64,000 bases of DNA, from assembly GCA_051313645.2 (NCBI GenBank), contig JBNRSN020000025.1, forward strand, positions 496,001 to 560,000, read 5' to 3'. This document shows positions 10,568 through 24,500 of the stretch, piece by piece. The notes under the pieces are model-generated. The model did not search any database. It was not told the origin of the DNA and saw nothing but the letters and a program-made list of their open reading frames with translations. This DNA comes from Centroscyllium fabricii. Taxonomy: Eukaryota. The number at the start of each line of letters is the position of its first letter. Position 1 is the first letter of the stretch. Made by a program: the position numbers and the translations under genes.

Positions 10568-12598
10568 CATAGAATCATAGAAGATAGGAGCAGGAGTAGG
10601 CCATTCAGCCCTTCGAGCCTGCTCCGCCATTCAATGAGATCATGGCTGATCTTTAGCAAGCTAGTACCCCGTCCCCGCCTTTTCTCCATAACCTTTAATC
10701 CCTTTAGCTTGAAGAAATATATCCAATTCCCTCTTGAATATGTTTAATGAACTGGCCTCCACCGCCCTCTGTGGCAGGGAATTCCACAGGCCCACCACTC
10801 TCTGAGTGAAGAAATTCTTCCTCATGTCTGTCCTAAATGGTTTACCCCTTATCCTTAGACTGTGGCCCCTGGTTCTGGACTCCCCCGCCATTGGAAACAT
10901 TCTCTCTGAATCTAACCTGTCCAGACCTTTCAGAATTTTATACGTCTCAATGAGATCGCCTCTCAATCTTCTAAACTCCAACGAGTACAAGCCCAGACTA
11001 CACAATCTCTCTTCGTAGGTCATTCCTGCCATTCCAGGAATCAGCCTGGTGAAACGCCGCTGCACTCCTTCCATGGCAAGAACATCCTTCCTCAGGCGAG
11101 GCGACCAGAACTGTACACAATACTCGAGGTGTGGTCTCACCAGTGCCTTGTACAGCTGCAGTAAGGTATCCTTATTCCTATACTCGAACCCTCTTGATAT
11201 GAAGGCCAACATACCATTTGCCTTCCCAACCGCCTGCTGCACCTGCGTGCTCGCCTTCAGCGACTGGTGCACAAGAACACCCAGGTCTCTCTGCACCTCC
11301 CCATCTCCCAATCTATTGCCATTTAAGTAGTAATCTACCCTCCTGTTTTTGCCCCCAAAGTGGATAACCTCACATTTATCCACATTATAGTGCATCTGCC
11401 ATCTATCTGCCCAGTCCCCCAACTTATCCAAATCGCCCTGTAACTTCCTGACACCCTCTTCAGAGCCTGCCCCCCCTCCTAGTTTGGTGTCATCCGCGAA
11501 TTTGGAGATATTACATTCAATTCCCTGATCCAGATCATTAATATATATTGTAAACAGCTGAGGTCCCAGGACAGACCCCTGCGGTACTCCACTAGTCACC
11601 GGCTGCCACTCAGAAAACGAGCCGTTAATTCCAACTCTCTGTTTTCTGTCTGCCAACCAGTTCTCTATCCACATCAAAACTTTGCCCCCAATCCCATGAG
11701 CCTTAATTTTACATGCTAATCTTTTATGTGGAACCTTATCGAAGGCTTTCTGGAAGTCAAGGTACACCACATCTACTGGCTCTCCCCCATCTACTTCCCG
11801 AGTTACTTCCTCAAAGAATTCCAATAGATTAGTTAAACATGATTTACCTTTTGTAAATCCATGTTGACTCTGTCCGATCTCATCCCTAATTGTCAAATGC
11901 TCCGAGATTACATCCTTGATAATGGACTCGAGCATTTTGCCCACTACTGATGTAAGGCTTACTGGTCTATAATTCCCTGCTTTCTCTCTGCCCCCCTTTT
12001 TAAATAGTGGGGTAACATTAGCCACCCTCCAATCCGTGGGTACTGATCCAGAGTCTATCGAGTTCTGGAAAATGATCCTTAAAGAACCCTCTATTTCCAG
12101 GGCTACCTCTTTAAGTACCCTAGGATGTAGATTATCAGGCCCTGTGGATTTGTCGGCCTTCAATCCCTTTAACTTCCCCAAAACCATCTCCCTAGAAATA
12201 CTGATATCTGTCAGCTCCTCCCTTGCATTAGACCCTATGTTCGCTGCTATCCCTGGGAGGTTGCTTGTGTCCTCCTTTGTGAAGACAGTACCAAAATATG
12301 AATTTAGTTGGTCTGCCATTTCTTTATTCCCCATTATATATTCCCCTGAATCAGACTGCAAGGGACCGACTTGGGATTTTACCAATCTTTTCCTCTTGAT
12401 GTACCTATAAAAGCTTTTGCAGTCAGTTTTTATGTTTGCCGCCAGCTTACATTCGTAATCTATCTTCCCCCTCCCGATTAATCCCTTTGTCTTCCTTTGC
12501 TGTATCCTGAACTGATCCCAATCTTCCGGCCTAGTACTTTTTTTGGCCAATTGATGTGCCCATTTTTTGGATTTAATGTTGTCCCTTATTTCCCTTGT
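10568..12598 (-). mobile_element. 5'-truncated CR1 LINE inserted in the satellite
   Basis: RT ORF, CR1 3' UTR and (TTCTATGA)-type tail, TAGAT shared at both junctions. Confidence 0.95.
10661..12550 (-). CDS. CR1 ORF2 C-terminal part (reverse transcriptase); uninterrupted but lacks the endonuclease
   Basis: GNYRPVSLTS, QHGF, YLDFQKAFDKV, GVPQGSVLGP, KFADD motifs. Confidence 0.9.
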   Translation of the reverse strand: MAKKSTRPEDWDQFRIQQRKTKGLIGRGKIDYECKLAANIKTDCKSFYRYIKRKRLVKSQVGPLQSDSGEYIMGNKEMADQLNSYFGTVFTKEDTSNLPGIAANIGSNAREELTDISISREMVLGKLKGLKADKSTGPDNLHPRVLKEVALEIEGSLRIIFQNSIDSGSVPTDWRVANVTPLFKKGGREKAGNYRPVSLTSVVGKMLESIIKDVISEHLTIRDEIGQSQHGFTKGKSCLTNLLEFFEEVTREVDGGEPVDVVYLDFQKAFDKVPHKRLACKIKAHGIGGKVLMWIENWLADRKQRVGINGSFSEWQPVTSGVPQGSVLGPQLFTIYINDLDQGIECNISKFADDTKLGGGAGSEEGVRKLQGDLDKLGDWADRWQMHYNVDKCEVIHFGGKNRRVDYYLNGNRLGDGEVQRDLGVLVHQSLKASTQVQQAVGKANGMLAFISRGFEYRNKDTLLQLYKALVRPHLEYCVQFWSPRLRKDVLAMEGVQRRFTRLIPGMAGMTYEERLCSLGLYSLEFRRLRGDLIETYKILKGLDRLDSERMFPMAGESRTRGHSLRIRGKPFRTDMRKNFFTQRVVGLWNSLPQRAVEASSLNIFKRELDIFLQAKGIKGYGEKAGTGY

Positions 12599-15500
12599 TA
12601 GATGGATTTCATGCTCTTATAGATGGATTTCATGTTCTTATAGATGGATTTCATGTTATTATAGATGGATTTCATGCTCTTATAGATAGATTTCATGTTC
12701 TTATAGATAGATTTCATGCTCTTATAGATGGATTTCATGCTCTTATAGATGGATTTCATTCTCTTATAGATGGATTTCATGTTCTTATAGATAGATTTCA
12801 TTCTCTTATAGATGGATTTCATTCTCTTATAGATGGATTTCATTCTCTTATAGATGGATTTCATTTTCTTATAGATGGATTTCATTCTCTTATAGATGGA
12901 TTTCATTCTCTTATAGATGGATTTCATGTTCTTATAGATGGATTTCATGCTCTTATAGATGGATTTCATGTTCTTATAGATAGAGTTCATTCTCTTATAG
13001 ATGGATTTCATGTTCTTATAGATAGATTTCATTCTCTTATAGATAGATTTCATGTTCTTATAGATGGATTTCATTCTCTTATAGATGGATTTCATGCTCT
13101 TATAGATGGATTTCATGTTCTTATAGAGAGATTTCATTCTCTTATAGATAGATTTCATGCTCTTATAGATAGATTTCATGTTCTTATAGATAGATTTCAT
13201 TCTCTTATAGATGGATTTCATGCTCTTATAGATGGATTTCATGTTCTTATAGATGGATTTCATTGTTCTTATAGATAGATTTCATGCTCTTATAGATGGA
13301 TTTCCTGCTCGTATAGATAGATTTCATTCTCTTATAGATAGATTTCATGCTCTTATAGATGGATTTCATGCTCTTATAGATGGATTTCATGTTCTTATAG
13401 ATAGATTTCATTCTCTTATAGATGGATTTCCTGCTCGTATAGATAGATTTCATTCTCTTATAGATAGATTTCATTCTCTTATAGATAGATTTCGTTCTCT
13501 TATAGAGAGATTTCATTCTCTTATAGATGGATTTCATGTTCTTATAGATGGATTTCATGCTCTTATAGATGGATTTCATGCACTTATAGATGGATTTCAT
13601 GCTCTTATCGATGGATTTCATGCTATTATAGATGGATTTCATGTTCTTATAGATGGATTTCATGCTCTTATAGATAGATTTCATGTTCTTATAGATGGAT
13701 TTCATTCTCTTATAGATGGATTTCATGCTCTTATCGATGGATTTAATGTTCTTATAGATAGATTTCATGCTCTTATAGATGGATTTCATGCTCTTATAGA
13801 TAGATTTCATGCTCTTATAGACGGATTTCATGCTCTTTTAGATAGATTTCATGCTCTTATAGATGGATTTCATGTTCTTATAGATGGATTTCATGCTCTT
13901 ATAGATGGATTTCATGCTCTTATAGATGGATTTCATGTTCTTATAGATAGATTTCATGCTCTTATAGATGGATTTCATGCTCTTATAGATAGATTTCATT
14001 CTCTTATAGATGGATTTCATGTTCTTATAGGTGGATTTCATGCTCTTATAGATGGATTTCATGCTCTTATAGATAAATTTCATTCTCTTATAGATGGATT
14101 TCATGTTCTTATAGATGGATTTCATGTTCTTATAGATGGATTTCATGCTCTTATAGATAGATTTCATGCTCTTATACATGGATTTCATGCTCTTATAGAT
14201 AGATTTCATTCTCTTATAGATGGATTTCATGCTCTTATAGATGGATTTCATGTTCTTATAGATGGATTTCATGCTCTTATAGATGGATTTCATGTTCTTA
14301 TAGATAGATTTCATGCTCTTATAGATGGATTTCATGCTCTTATTGATGGATTTCATGTTCTTATAGATGGATTTCATGTTCTTATAGATAGATTTCATGT
14401 TCTTATAGATAGATTTCATGTTCTTATAGATAGATTTCATTCTCTTATAGATGGATTTCATGTTCTTATAGTTCGATTTCATGTTCTTATAGATAGATTT
14501 CATTCTCTTATAGATGGATTTCATGCTCTTGTAGATGGATTTCATGTTCTTATAGATGGATTTCATGTTCTTATAGATGGATTTCATGCTCTTAAAATGG
14601 ATTTCATTCTCTTATAGATGGATTTCCTGCTCGTATAGATAGATTTCATTCTCTTATAGATGGATTTCATGCTCTTATAGATGGATTTCATGCTCTTAAA
14701 ATGGATTTCATGTTCTTATAGATGGATTTCATGCTCTTATAGTTCGATTTCATGTTCTTATAGATGGATTTCATGTTCTTGTAGAGAGATTTCATGCTCT
14801 TATAGATGGATTTCATGTTCTTATAGATGGATTTCATTCTCTTATAGATCGATTTCATGTTCTTATAGATGGATTTCATTCTCTTATAGATAGATTTCAT
14901 GTTCTTATAGATGGATTTCATTCTCTTATAGATGGATTTCATGTTCTTATAGATGGATTTCATGCTCTTAAAATGGATTTCATGTTCTTATAGATGGATT
15001 TCATGCTCTTATAGATGGATTTCATTCTCTTATAGATGGATTTCCTGCTCGTATAGATAGATTTCATTCTCTTATAGATGGATTTCATGCTCTTATAGGT
15101 GGATTTCATGTTCTTGTAGAGAGATTTCATGCTCTTATAGATGGATTTCATGTTCTTATAGATAGATTTCATTCTCTTATAGATCGATTTCATGTTCTTA
15201 TAGATGGATTTCATTCTCTTATAGATAGATTTCATGTTCTTATAGATGGATTTCATTCTCTTATAGATAGATTTCATGCTCTTATAGATGGATTTCATGT
15301 TCTCATAGATGGATTTCACGCTCTTATAAATGGATTTCATGTTCTTATAGATGGATTTCATGTTCTTATAGTTCGATTTCATGTTCTTATAGATGGATTT
15401 CATGTTCTTATAGATAGATTTCATTCTCTTATAGATGGATTTCATGTTCTTATAGAGAGATTTCATTCTCTTATAGATAGATTTCATGCTCTTATAGATG

Positions 15501-18500
15501 GATTTCATGTTCTTATAGATAGATTTCATGCTCTTATAGATGGATTTCCTGCTCGTATAGATAGATTTCATTCTCTTATAGATAGATTTCATTCTCTTAT
15601 AGATGGATTTCATGCTCTTATAGATGGATTTCATGTTCTTATAGATTTCATGCTCTTATCGATGGATTTCATGCTCTTATAGACGGATTTCATGTTCTTA
15701 TAGATGGATATCATGCTCTTATAGATGGATTTCATGCTCTTATAGATGGATTTCATGTTCTTATAGATGGATTTCATGCTCTTATAGATAGATTTCATTC
15801 TCTTATAGATGGATTTCCTGTTCTTATAGATGGATTTCATGTTCTTATAGATGGATTTCATGTTCTTATAGAGAGATTTCATTCTCTTATAGATGGATTT
15901 CATGCTCTTATAGATAGATTTCATTCTCTTATAGATGGATTTCATGTTCTTATAGATGGATTTCATGCTCTTATAGATAGATTTCATGCTCTTATAGATG
16001 GATTTCATGCTCTTATAGATAGATTTCATTCTCTTATAGATGGATTTCATGCTCTGATAGATTGATTTAATGTTCTTATAGATGGATTTCATGCTCTTAT
16101 AGATGGATTTCATGTTCTTATAGATAGATTTCATTCTCTTATAGATAGATTTCATTCTCTTATAGATGGATTTCATGCTCTTATAGATGGATTTCCTGTT
16201 CTTTTAGATAGATTTCATTCTCTTATAGATAGATTTCATGCTCTTATAGATGGATTTCATGCTCTTATAGATGGATTTCCTGCTCGTATAGATGGATTTC
16301 ATGTTCTTATAGATGGTTTTCATTCTCTTATTGATGGATTTCATGCTCTTATAGATGGATTTCATGTTCATATAGATGGATTTCATTCTCTTATAGATAG
16401 ATTTCATTCTCTTATAGATGGATTTCATGTTCTTATAGATGGATTTCATGTTCTTATAGATGGATTTCATGTTCTTATAGATGGATTTCATTCTCTTATA
16501 GATGGATTTCATGTTCTTATAGATTGATTTCATGTTCTTATAGAGAGATTTCATTCTCTTATAGATAGATTTCATGCTCTTATAGATGGATTTCATGCTC
16601 TTATAGATGGATTTCCTGTTCTTTTAGATAGATTTCATTCTCTTATAGATGGTTTTCATGCTCTTATAGATGGATTTCATGTTCATATAGATGGATTTCA
16701 TTCTCTTATATATAGATTTCATGTTCTTATAGATGGATTTCATGTTCTTATAGATGGATTTCATGCTCTTATAGATGGATTTCATGTTCTTATAGATGGA
16801 TTTCATGCTCTTATAGATGGATTTCATGTTCTTATAGATGGATTTCATGCTCTTATAGATAGATTTCATTCTCTTATAGATGGATTTCATGCTCTTATAG
16901 GTGGATTTCATGTTCTTGTAGAGAGATTTCATGTTCTTATAGATGGATTTCCTGCTCGTGTAGATGGATTTCATGTTCTTATAGATGGATTTCATTCTCT
17001 TATAGATAGATTTCATTCTCTTATAGATGGATTTCATGCTCTTATAGATGGATTTCATGCTCTTATAGATGGATTTCATGTTCTTATAGATGGATTTCAT
17101 GCTCTTATAGATGGATTTCATGTTCTTATAGGTGGATTTCATGTTCTTATAGATGGATTTCATGTTCTTATAGATGGATTTCATGCTCTTATAGGTGGAT
17201 TTCATGTTCTTATAGATGGATTTCATTCTCTTATAGATGGATTTCATGTTCTTATAGATGGATTTCATGCTCTTATAGATGGATTTCATGTTAATATAGA
17301 TGGATTTCATTCTCTTATAGATAGATTTCATGTTGTTATAGATGGATTTCACGCTCTTATAGATGGATTTCATGTTCTTATAGATGGATTTCATGTTCTT
17401 TTAGATAGATTTCATTCTCATATAGATGGATTTCATGTTCTTATAGATGGATTTCATTCTCTTATAGATGGATTTCATGCTCTTATAGATGGATTTCATG
17501 TTCTTATAGATGGATTTCATGTTCTTATAGATGGATTTCATTCTCTTATAGATGGATTTCATTCTCTTATAGATAGATTTCATGCTCTTATAGATAGATT
17601 TCATTCTCTAAAAGATGGATTTCATGCTCTTATAGATGGATTTCATGCTCTTATAGATGGATTTCATGCTCTTATAGATGGATTTCATGTTCTTATAGAT
17701 AGATTTCATGCTCTTATAGATGGATTTCCTGCTCGTATAGATAGATTTCATTCTCTTATAGATGGATTTCATGTTCTTATAGATTTCATGCTCTTATAGA
17801 TGGATTTCATGCTCTTATAGATGGATTTCATGTTCTTCTAGATTTCATGCTCTTATAGATGGATTTCATGCTCTTATAGATGGATTTCCTGCTCGTATAG
17901 ATAGATTTCATTCTCTTATAGATAGATTTCATTCTCTTATAGGTGGATTTCATGCTCTTATCGATGGATTTCATGCTCTTATAGATGGATTTCATGTTCT
18001 TAAAGATGGATTTTTTGCTCTTAGAGATGGATTTCATGCTCTTATAGATGGATTTCATTCTCTTATAGATGGATTTCATGCTCTTATAGATGGATTTCAT
18101 GTTCTTATAGTTGGATTTCATGTTCTTATAGATAGATTTCATTCTCTTATAGATGGATTTCATGTTCTTATAGATGGATTTCATGCTCTTATAGATGGAT
18201 TTCATGTTCTTATAGATGGATTTCATGCTCTTATAGATGGATTTCATTCTCTTATAGCTGGATTTCATGCTCTTATCGATGGATTTCATGCACTTATAGA
18301 TGGATTTCATGTTCATATAGATAGATTTCATGCTCTTATAGATGGATTTCATGCACTTATAGATAGATTTCATGCTCTTATAGATGGATTTCATGCTCTT
18401 ATAGATAGATTTCATGCTCTTATAGATGGATTTCATGTTCTTATAGATGGATTTCATGTTCTTATAGATGGATTTCATTCTCTTATAGATAGATTTCATG

Positions 18501-21500
18501 TTCTTATAGATGGATTTCATGCTCTTGTAGAGAGATTTCTGCTCTTATAGATAGATTTCATGCTCTTATAGATAGATTTCATGCTCATATAGATGGATTT
18601 CATGTTCTTATAGATAGATTTCATTCTCTTATAGATAGATTTCATGCTCTTATAGATGGATTTCATGCTCTTATAGATGGATTTCCTGCTCGTATAGATA
18701 GATTTCATTCTCTTATGGATGGATTTCATGTTCTTATAGATGGATTTCATGCTCTTATAGATGGATTTCATGTTCCTATAGATGGATTTCATGTTCTTAT
18801 AGATAGATTTCCTTCTCTTATAGATAGATTTCATGTTCTTATAGATGGATTTCATTCTCTTATAGATGGATTTCATGCTCTTATAGATGGATTTCATGTT
18901 CCTATAGATGGATTTCATGTTCTTATAGATAGATTTCATTCTCTTATAGATAGATTTCATGTTCTTATAGATAGATTTCATGCTCTTATAGATAGATTTC
19001 ATTCTCTTATAGATAGATTTCATGTTCTTATAGATAGATTTCATGCTCTTATAGATGGATTTCATGCTCTTATAGATGGATTTCATGTTCTTATAGATAG
19101 ATTTCATGCTCTTATAGATGGATTTCATTCTCTTATAGATGGATTTCATGCTCTTATAGATGGATTTCATGCTCTTATAGATGGATTTCATGCTCTTATA
19201 AATGGATTTCATGTTCTTATAGATGGATTTCATTCTCTTATAGATGGATTTCATGTTCTTATAGTTCGATTTCATGTTCTTATAGATAGATTTCATTCTC
19301 TTATAGATGGATTTCATGTTCTTCTAGATAGATTTCATGTTCTTATAGATAGATTTCATTCTCTTATAGATGGATTTCATGTTCTTATAGATGGATTTCA
19401 TGCTCTTATAGATGGATTTCATGTTCTTATAGATGGATTTCATGCTCTTATAGATTGATTTCATGCTCTTATAGATGGATTTCCTGCTCGTATAGATAGA
19501 TTTCATTCTCTTATAGATGGATTTCATGCTCTTATAGATGGATTTCATGTTCATATAGATGGATTTCATTCTCTTATAGATAGATTTCATGTTGTTATAG
19601 ATAGATTTCATTCTCTTATAGATGGATTTCATGTTCTTATAGATGGATTTCACGCTCCTATAGATGGATTTCATGTTCTTATAGATGGATTTCATGTTCT
19701 TATAGATGGATTTCACGCTCTTATAGATGGATTTCATGTTCTTATAGATGGATTTCATGTTCTTATAGATAGATTTCATTCTCTTATAGATGGATTTCAT
19801 GCTCTTATAGATGGATTTCATGTTCTTATAGAGAGATTTCATTCTCTTATAGATAGATTTCATGCTCTTATAGATGGATTTCATGCTCTTATAGATGGAT
19901 TTCCTGCTCGTATAGATAGATTTCATTCTCTTATAGATAGATTTCATGCTCTTATAGGTGTATTTCATGTTCTTATAGATGGATTTCATGTTCTTGTAGA
20001 TAGATTTCATTCTCTTATAGGTGGTTTTCATGCTCTTATAGATGGATTTCATGTTCATATAGATGGATTTCATTCTCTTATATATAGATTTCATGTTCTT
20101 ATAGATGGATTTCATGTTCTTATAGATGGATTTCATGCTCTTATAGATGGATTTCATGTTCTTATAGATGGATTTCATGCTCTTATAGATGGATTTCATT
20201 CTCTTATAGATACATTTCATGCTCTTATAGATGGATCTCATGCTCTTATAGATCGATTTCCTGCTCGTATAGATAGATTTCATTCTCTTATAGATGGATT
20301 TCATGCTCTTATAGGTGGATTTCATGTTCTTGTAGAGAGATTTCATGCTCTTATAGATGGATTTCATGCTCTTATAGATGGATTTCCTGCTCGTGTAGAT
20401 GGATTTCATGTTCTTATAGATGGATTTCATGCTCTTATAGATGGATTTCATGCTCTTATAGATAGATTTCATGTTCTTATAGATGGATTTCATTCTCTTA
20501 TAGATAGATTTCATGCTCTTATAGATGGATTTCATGTTCTTATAGATGGATTTCATGCTCTTATAGATGGATTTCATGTTCTTATAGGTGGATTTCATGT
20601 TCTTATAGATGGATTTCATGTTCTTATAGATGGATTTCATGCTCTTATAGGTGGATTTCATGTTCTTATAGATGGATTTCATGTTCTTATAGATGGATTT
20701 CATGCTCTTATAGATGGATTTCATGTTCTTATAGGTGGATTTCATGTTCTTATAGATGGATTTCATGTTCTTATAGATGGATTTCATGCTCTTATAGGTG
20801 GATTTCATGTTCTTATAGATGGATTTCATGCTCTTATAGATGGATTTCATGTTCTTATAGATGGATTTCAAGCTCTTATCGATGGATTTCATTCTCTTGT
20901 AGAGAGATTTCATGTTCTTATAGATGGATTTCATGCTCTTATAAATGGATCTCATTCTCTTATAGATGGATTTCATGCTCTTATAGATGGATCTCATTCT
21001 CTTATAGATGGATTTCATGCTCTTATAGATGGATCTCATTCTCTTATAGATGGATTTCATGTTCTTATAGATGGATTTCATTCTCTTATAGATGGATTTC
21101 ATGCTCTTATAGATGGATCTCATTCTCTTATAGATGGATTTCATGTTCTTATAGATGGATCTCATTCTCTTGTAGAGAGATTTCATGTTCTTATAGATGG
21201 ATTTCATGCTCTTATAGATGGATCTCATTCTCTTATAGATGGATTTCATGTTCTTATTGATGGATTTCATTCTCTTATAGATGGATTTCATGCTCTTATA
21301 GATGGATCTCATTCTCTTATAGATGGATTTCATGTTCTTATAGATAGATTTCATGCTCTTATAGATGGATTTCAAGCTCTTATCGATGGATTTCATGCTC
21401 TTATAGATGGATCTCATTCTCTTATAGATGGATTTCATGTTCTTATAGATGGATTTCATTCTCTTGTAGAGAGATTTCATGCTCTTATAGATGGATTTCA

Positions 21501-24500
21501 TGTTATTATAGATGGATTTCATTCTCTTATAGATGGATTTCATGCTCTTATAGATCGATTTCATGTTATTATAGATGGATTTCATTCTCTTATAGATGGA
21601 TTTCATGCTCTCATAGATGGATTTCATGTTCTTATAGATGGATTTCATGCTCTTATAGATTGATTTCATGCTCTTATAGATGGATTTCCTGCTCGTATAG
21701 ATAGATTTCATTCTCTTATAGATGGATTTCATGCTCTTATAGGTGGATTTCATGTTCTTGTAGAGAGATTTCATGCTCTTATAGATGGATTTCCTGTTCT
21801 TTTAGATAGATTTCATTCTCTTATAGATGGATTTCATGCTCTTATAGATGGATTTCATGCTCTTATAGATGGATTTCCTGTTCTTTTAGATAGATTTCAT
21901 TCTCTTATAGATAGATTTCATGCTCTTATAGATGGATTTCATGCTCTTATAGATGGATTTCCTGCTCGTATAGATGGATTTCATGTTCTTATAGATGGTT
22001 TTCATTCTCTTATTGATGGATTTCATGCTCTTATAGATGGATTTCATGTTCATATAGATGGATTTCATTCTCTTATAGATAGATTTCATTCTCTTATAGA
22101 TGGATTTCATGTTCTTATAGATGGATTTCATGTTCTTATAGATGGATTTCATGTTCTTATAGATGGATTTCATGTTCTTATAGATTGATTTCATGTTCTT
22201 ATAGAGAGATTTCATTCTCTTATAGATAGATTTCATGCTCTTATAGATGGATTTCATGCTCTTATAGATGGATTTCCTGCTCGTATAGATAGATTTCATT
22301 CTCTTATAGATGGATTTCATGCTCTTATAGATGGATTTCCTGTTCTTCTAGATAGATTTCATTCTCTTATAGATGGTTTTCATGCTCTTATAGATGGATT
22401 TCATGTTCATATAGATGGATTTCATTCTCTTATATATAGATTTCATGTTCGTATAGATGGATTTCATGTTCTTATAGATGGATTTCATGCTCTTATAGAT
22501 GGATTTCATGTTCTTATAGATGGATTTCATGCTCTTATAGATAGATTTCATTCTCTTATAGATGGATTTCATGCTCTTATAGATGGATTTCATGCTCTTA
22601 TAGATGGATTTCATGTTCTTATAGATGGATTTCATGCTCTTATAGATAGATTTCATTCTCTTATAGATGGATTTCATGTTCTTATAGATGGATTTCATGT
22701 TCTTATAGATGGATTTCATGCTCTTATAGATGGATTTCCTGTTCTTTTAGATAGATTTCATTCTCTTATAGATAGATTTCATGCTCTTATAGATGGATTT
22801 CATGCTCTTATAGATGGATTTCCTGCTCGTATAGATGGATTTCATGTTCTTATAGATGGTTTTCATTCTCTTATTGATGGATTTCATGCTCTTATAGATG
22901 GATTTCATGTTCATATAGATGGATTTCATTCTCTTATAGATAGATTTCATTCTCTTATAGATGGATTTCATGTTCTTATAGATGGATTTCATGTTCTTAT
23001 AGATGGATTTCATGTTCTTATAGATGGATTTCATGTTCTTATAGATTGATTTCATGTTCTTATAGAGAGATTTCATTCTCTTATAGATAGATTTCATGCT
23101 CTTATAGATGGATTTCATGCTCTTATAGATGGATTTCCTGCTCGTATAGATAGATTTCATTCTCTTATAGATGGATTTCATGCTCTTATAGATGGATTTC
23201 CTGTTCTTCTAGATAGATTTCATTCTCTTATAGATGGTTTTCATGCTCTTATAGATGGATTTCATGTTCATATAGATGGATTTCATTCTCTTATATATAG
23301 ATTTCATGTTCGTATAGATGGATTTCATGTTCTTATAGATGGATTTCATGCTCTTATAGATGGATTTCATGTTCTTATAGATGGATTTCATGCTCTTATA
23401 GATAGATTTCATTCTCTTATAGATGGATTTCATGCTCTTATAGATGGATTTCATGCTCTTATAGATGGATTTCATGTTCTTATAGATGGATTTCATGCTC
23501 TTATAGATAGATTTCATTCTCTTATAGATAGATTTCATTCTCTTATAGATGGATTTCATGTTTTTATAGATGGATTTCATGCTCTTATAGATAGATTTCA
23601 TGTTCTTATAGATGGATTTCATGCTCTTATAGATAGATTTCATTCTCTTATAGATGGATTTCATGTTCTTATAGATGGATTTCATGTTCTTGTAGAGAGA
23701 TTTCATGTTCTTGTAGAGAGATTTCATGTTCTTATTGATGGATTTCCTGCTCGTGTAGATGGATTTCATGTTCTTATAGATGGATTTCATTCTCTTATAG
23801 ATAGATTTCATTCTCTTATAGATGGATTTCATGCTCTTATAGATGGATTTCATGCTCTTATAGATGGATTTCATGTTCTTATAGATGGATTTCATGCTCT
23901 TATAGATGGATTTCATGTTCTTATAGGTGGATTTCATGTTCTTATAGATGGATTTCATGTTCTTATAGATGGATTTCATGCTCTTATAGGTGGATTTCAT
24001 GTTCTTATAGATGGATTTCATTCTCTTATAGATGGATTTCATGTTCTTATAGATGGATTTCATGTTAATATAGATGGATTTCATTCTCTTATAGATAGAT
24101 TTCATGTTCTTATAGATGGATTTCATGCTCTTATAGATGGATTTCATGCTCTTATAGATGGATTTCATGTTAATATAGATGGATTTCATTCTCTTATAGA
24201 TAGATTTCATGTTGTTATAGATGGATTTCACGCTCTTATAGATGGATTTCATGTTCTTATAGATGGATTTCATGTTCTTATAGATAGATTTCATTCTCAT
24301 ATAGATGGATTTCATTTTCTTATAGATGGATTTCATTCTCTTATAGATGGATTTCATGCTCTTATAGATGGATTTCATTCTCTTATAGATAGATTTCATG
24401 CTCTTATAGATGGATTTCATGTTCTTATAGAGAGATTTCATGCTCTTATAGATAGATTTAATTCTCTAAAAGATGGATTTCATGCTCTAACAGATGGATT

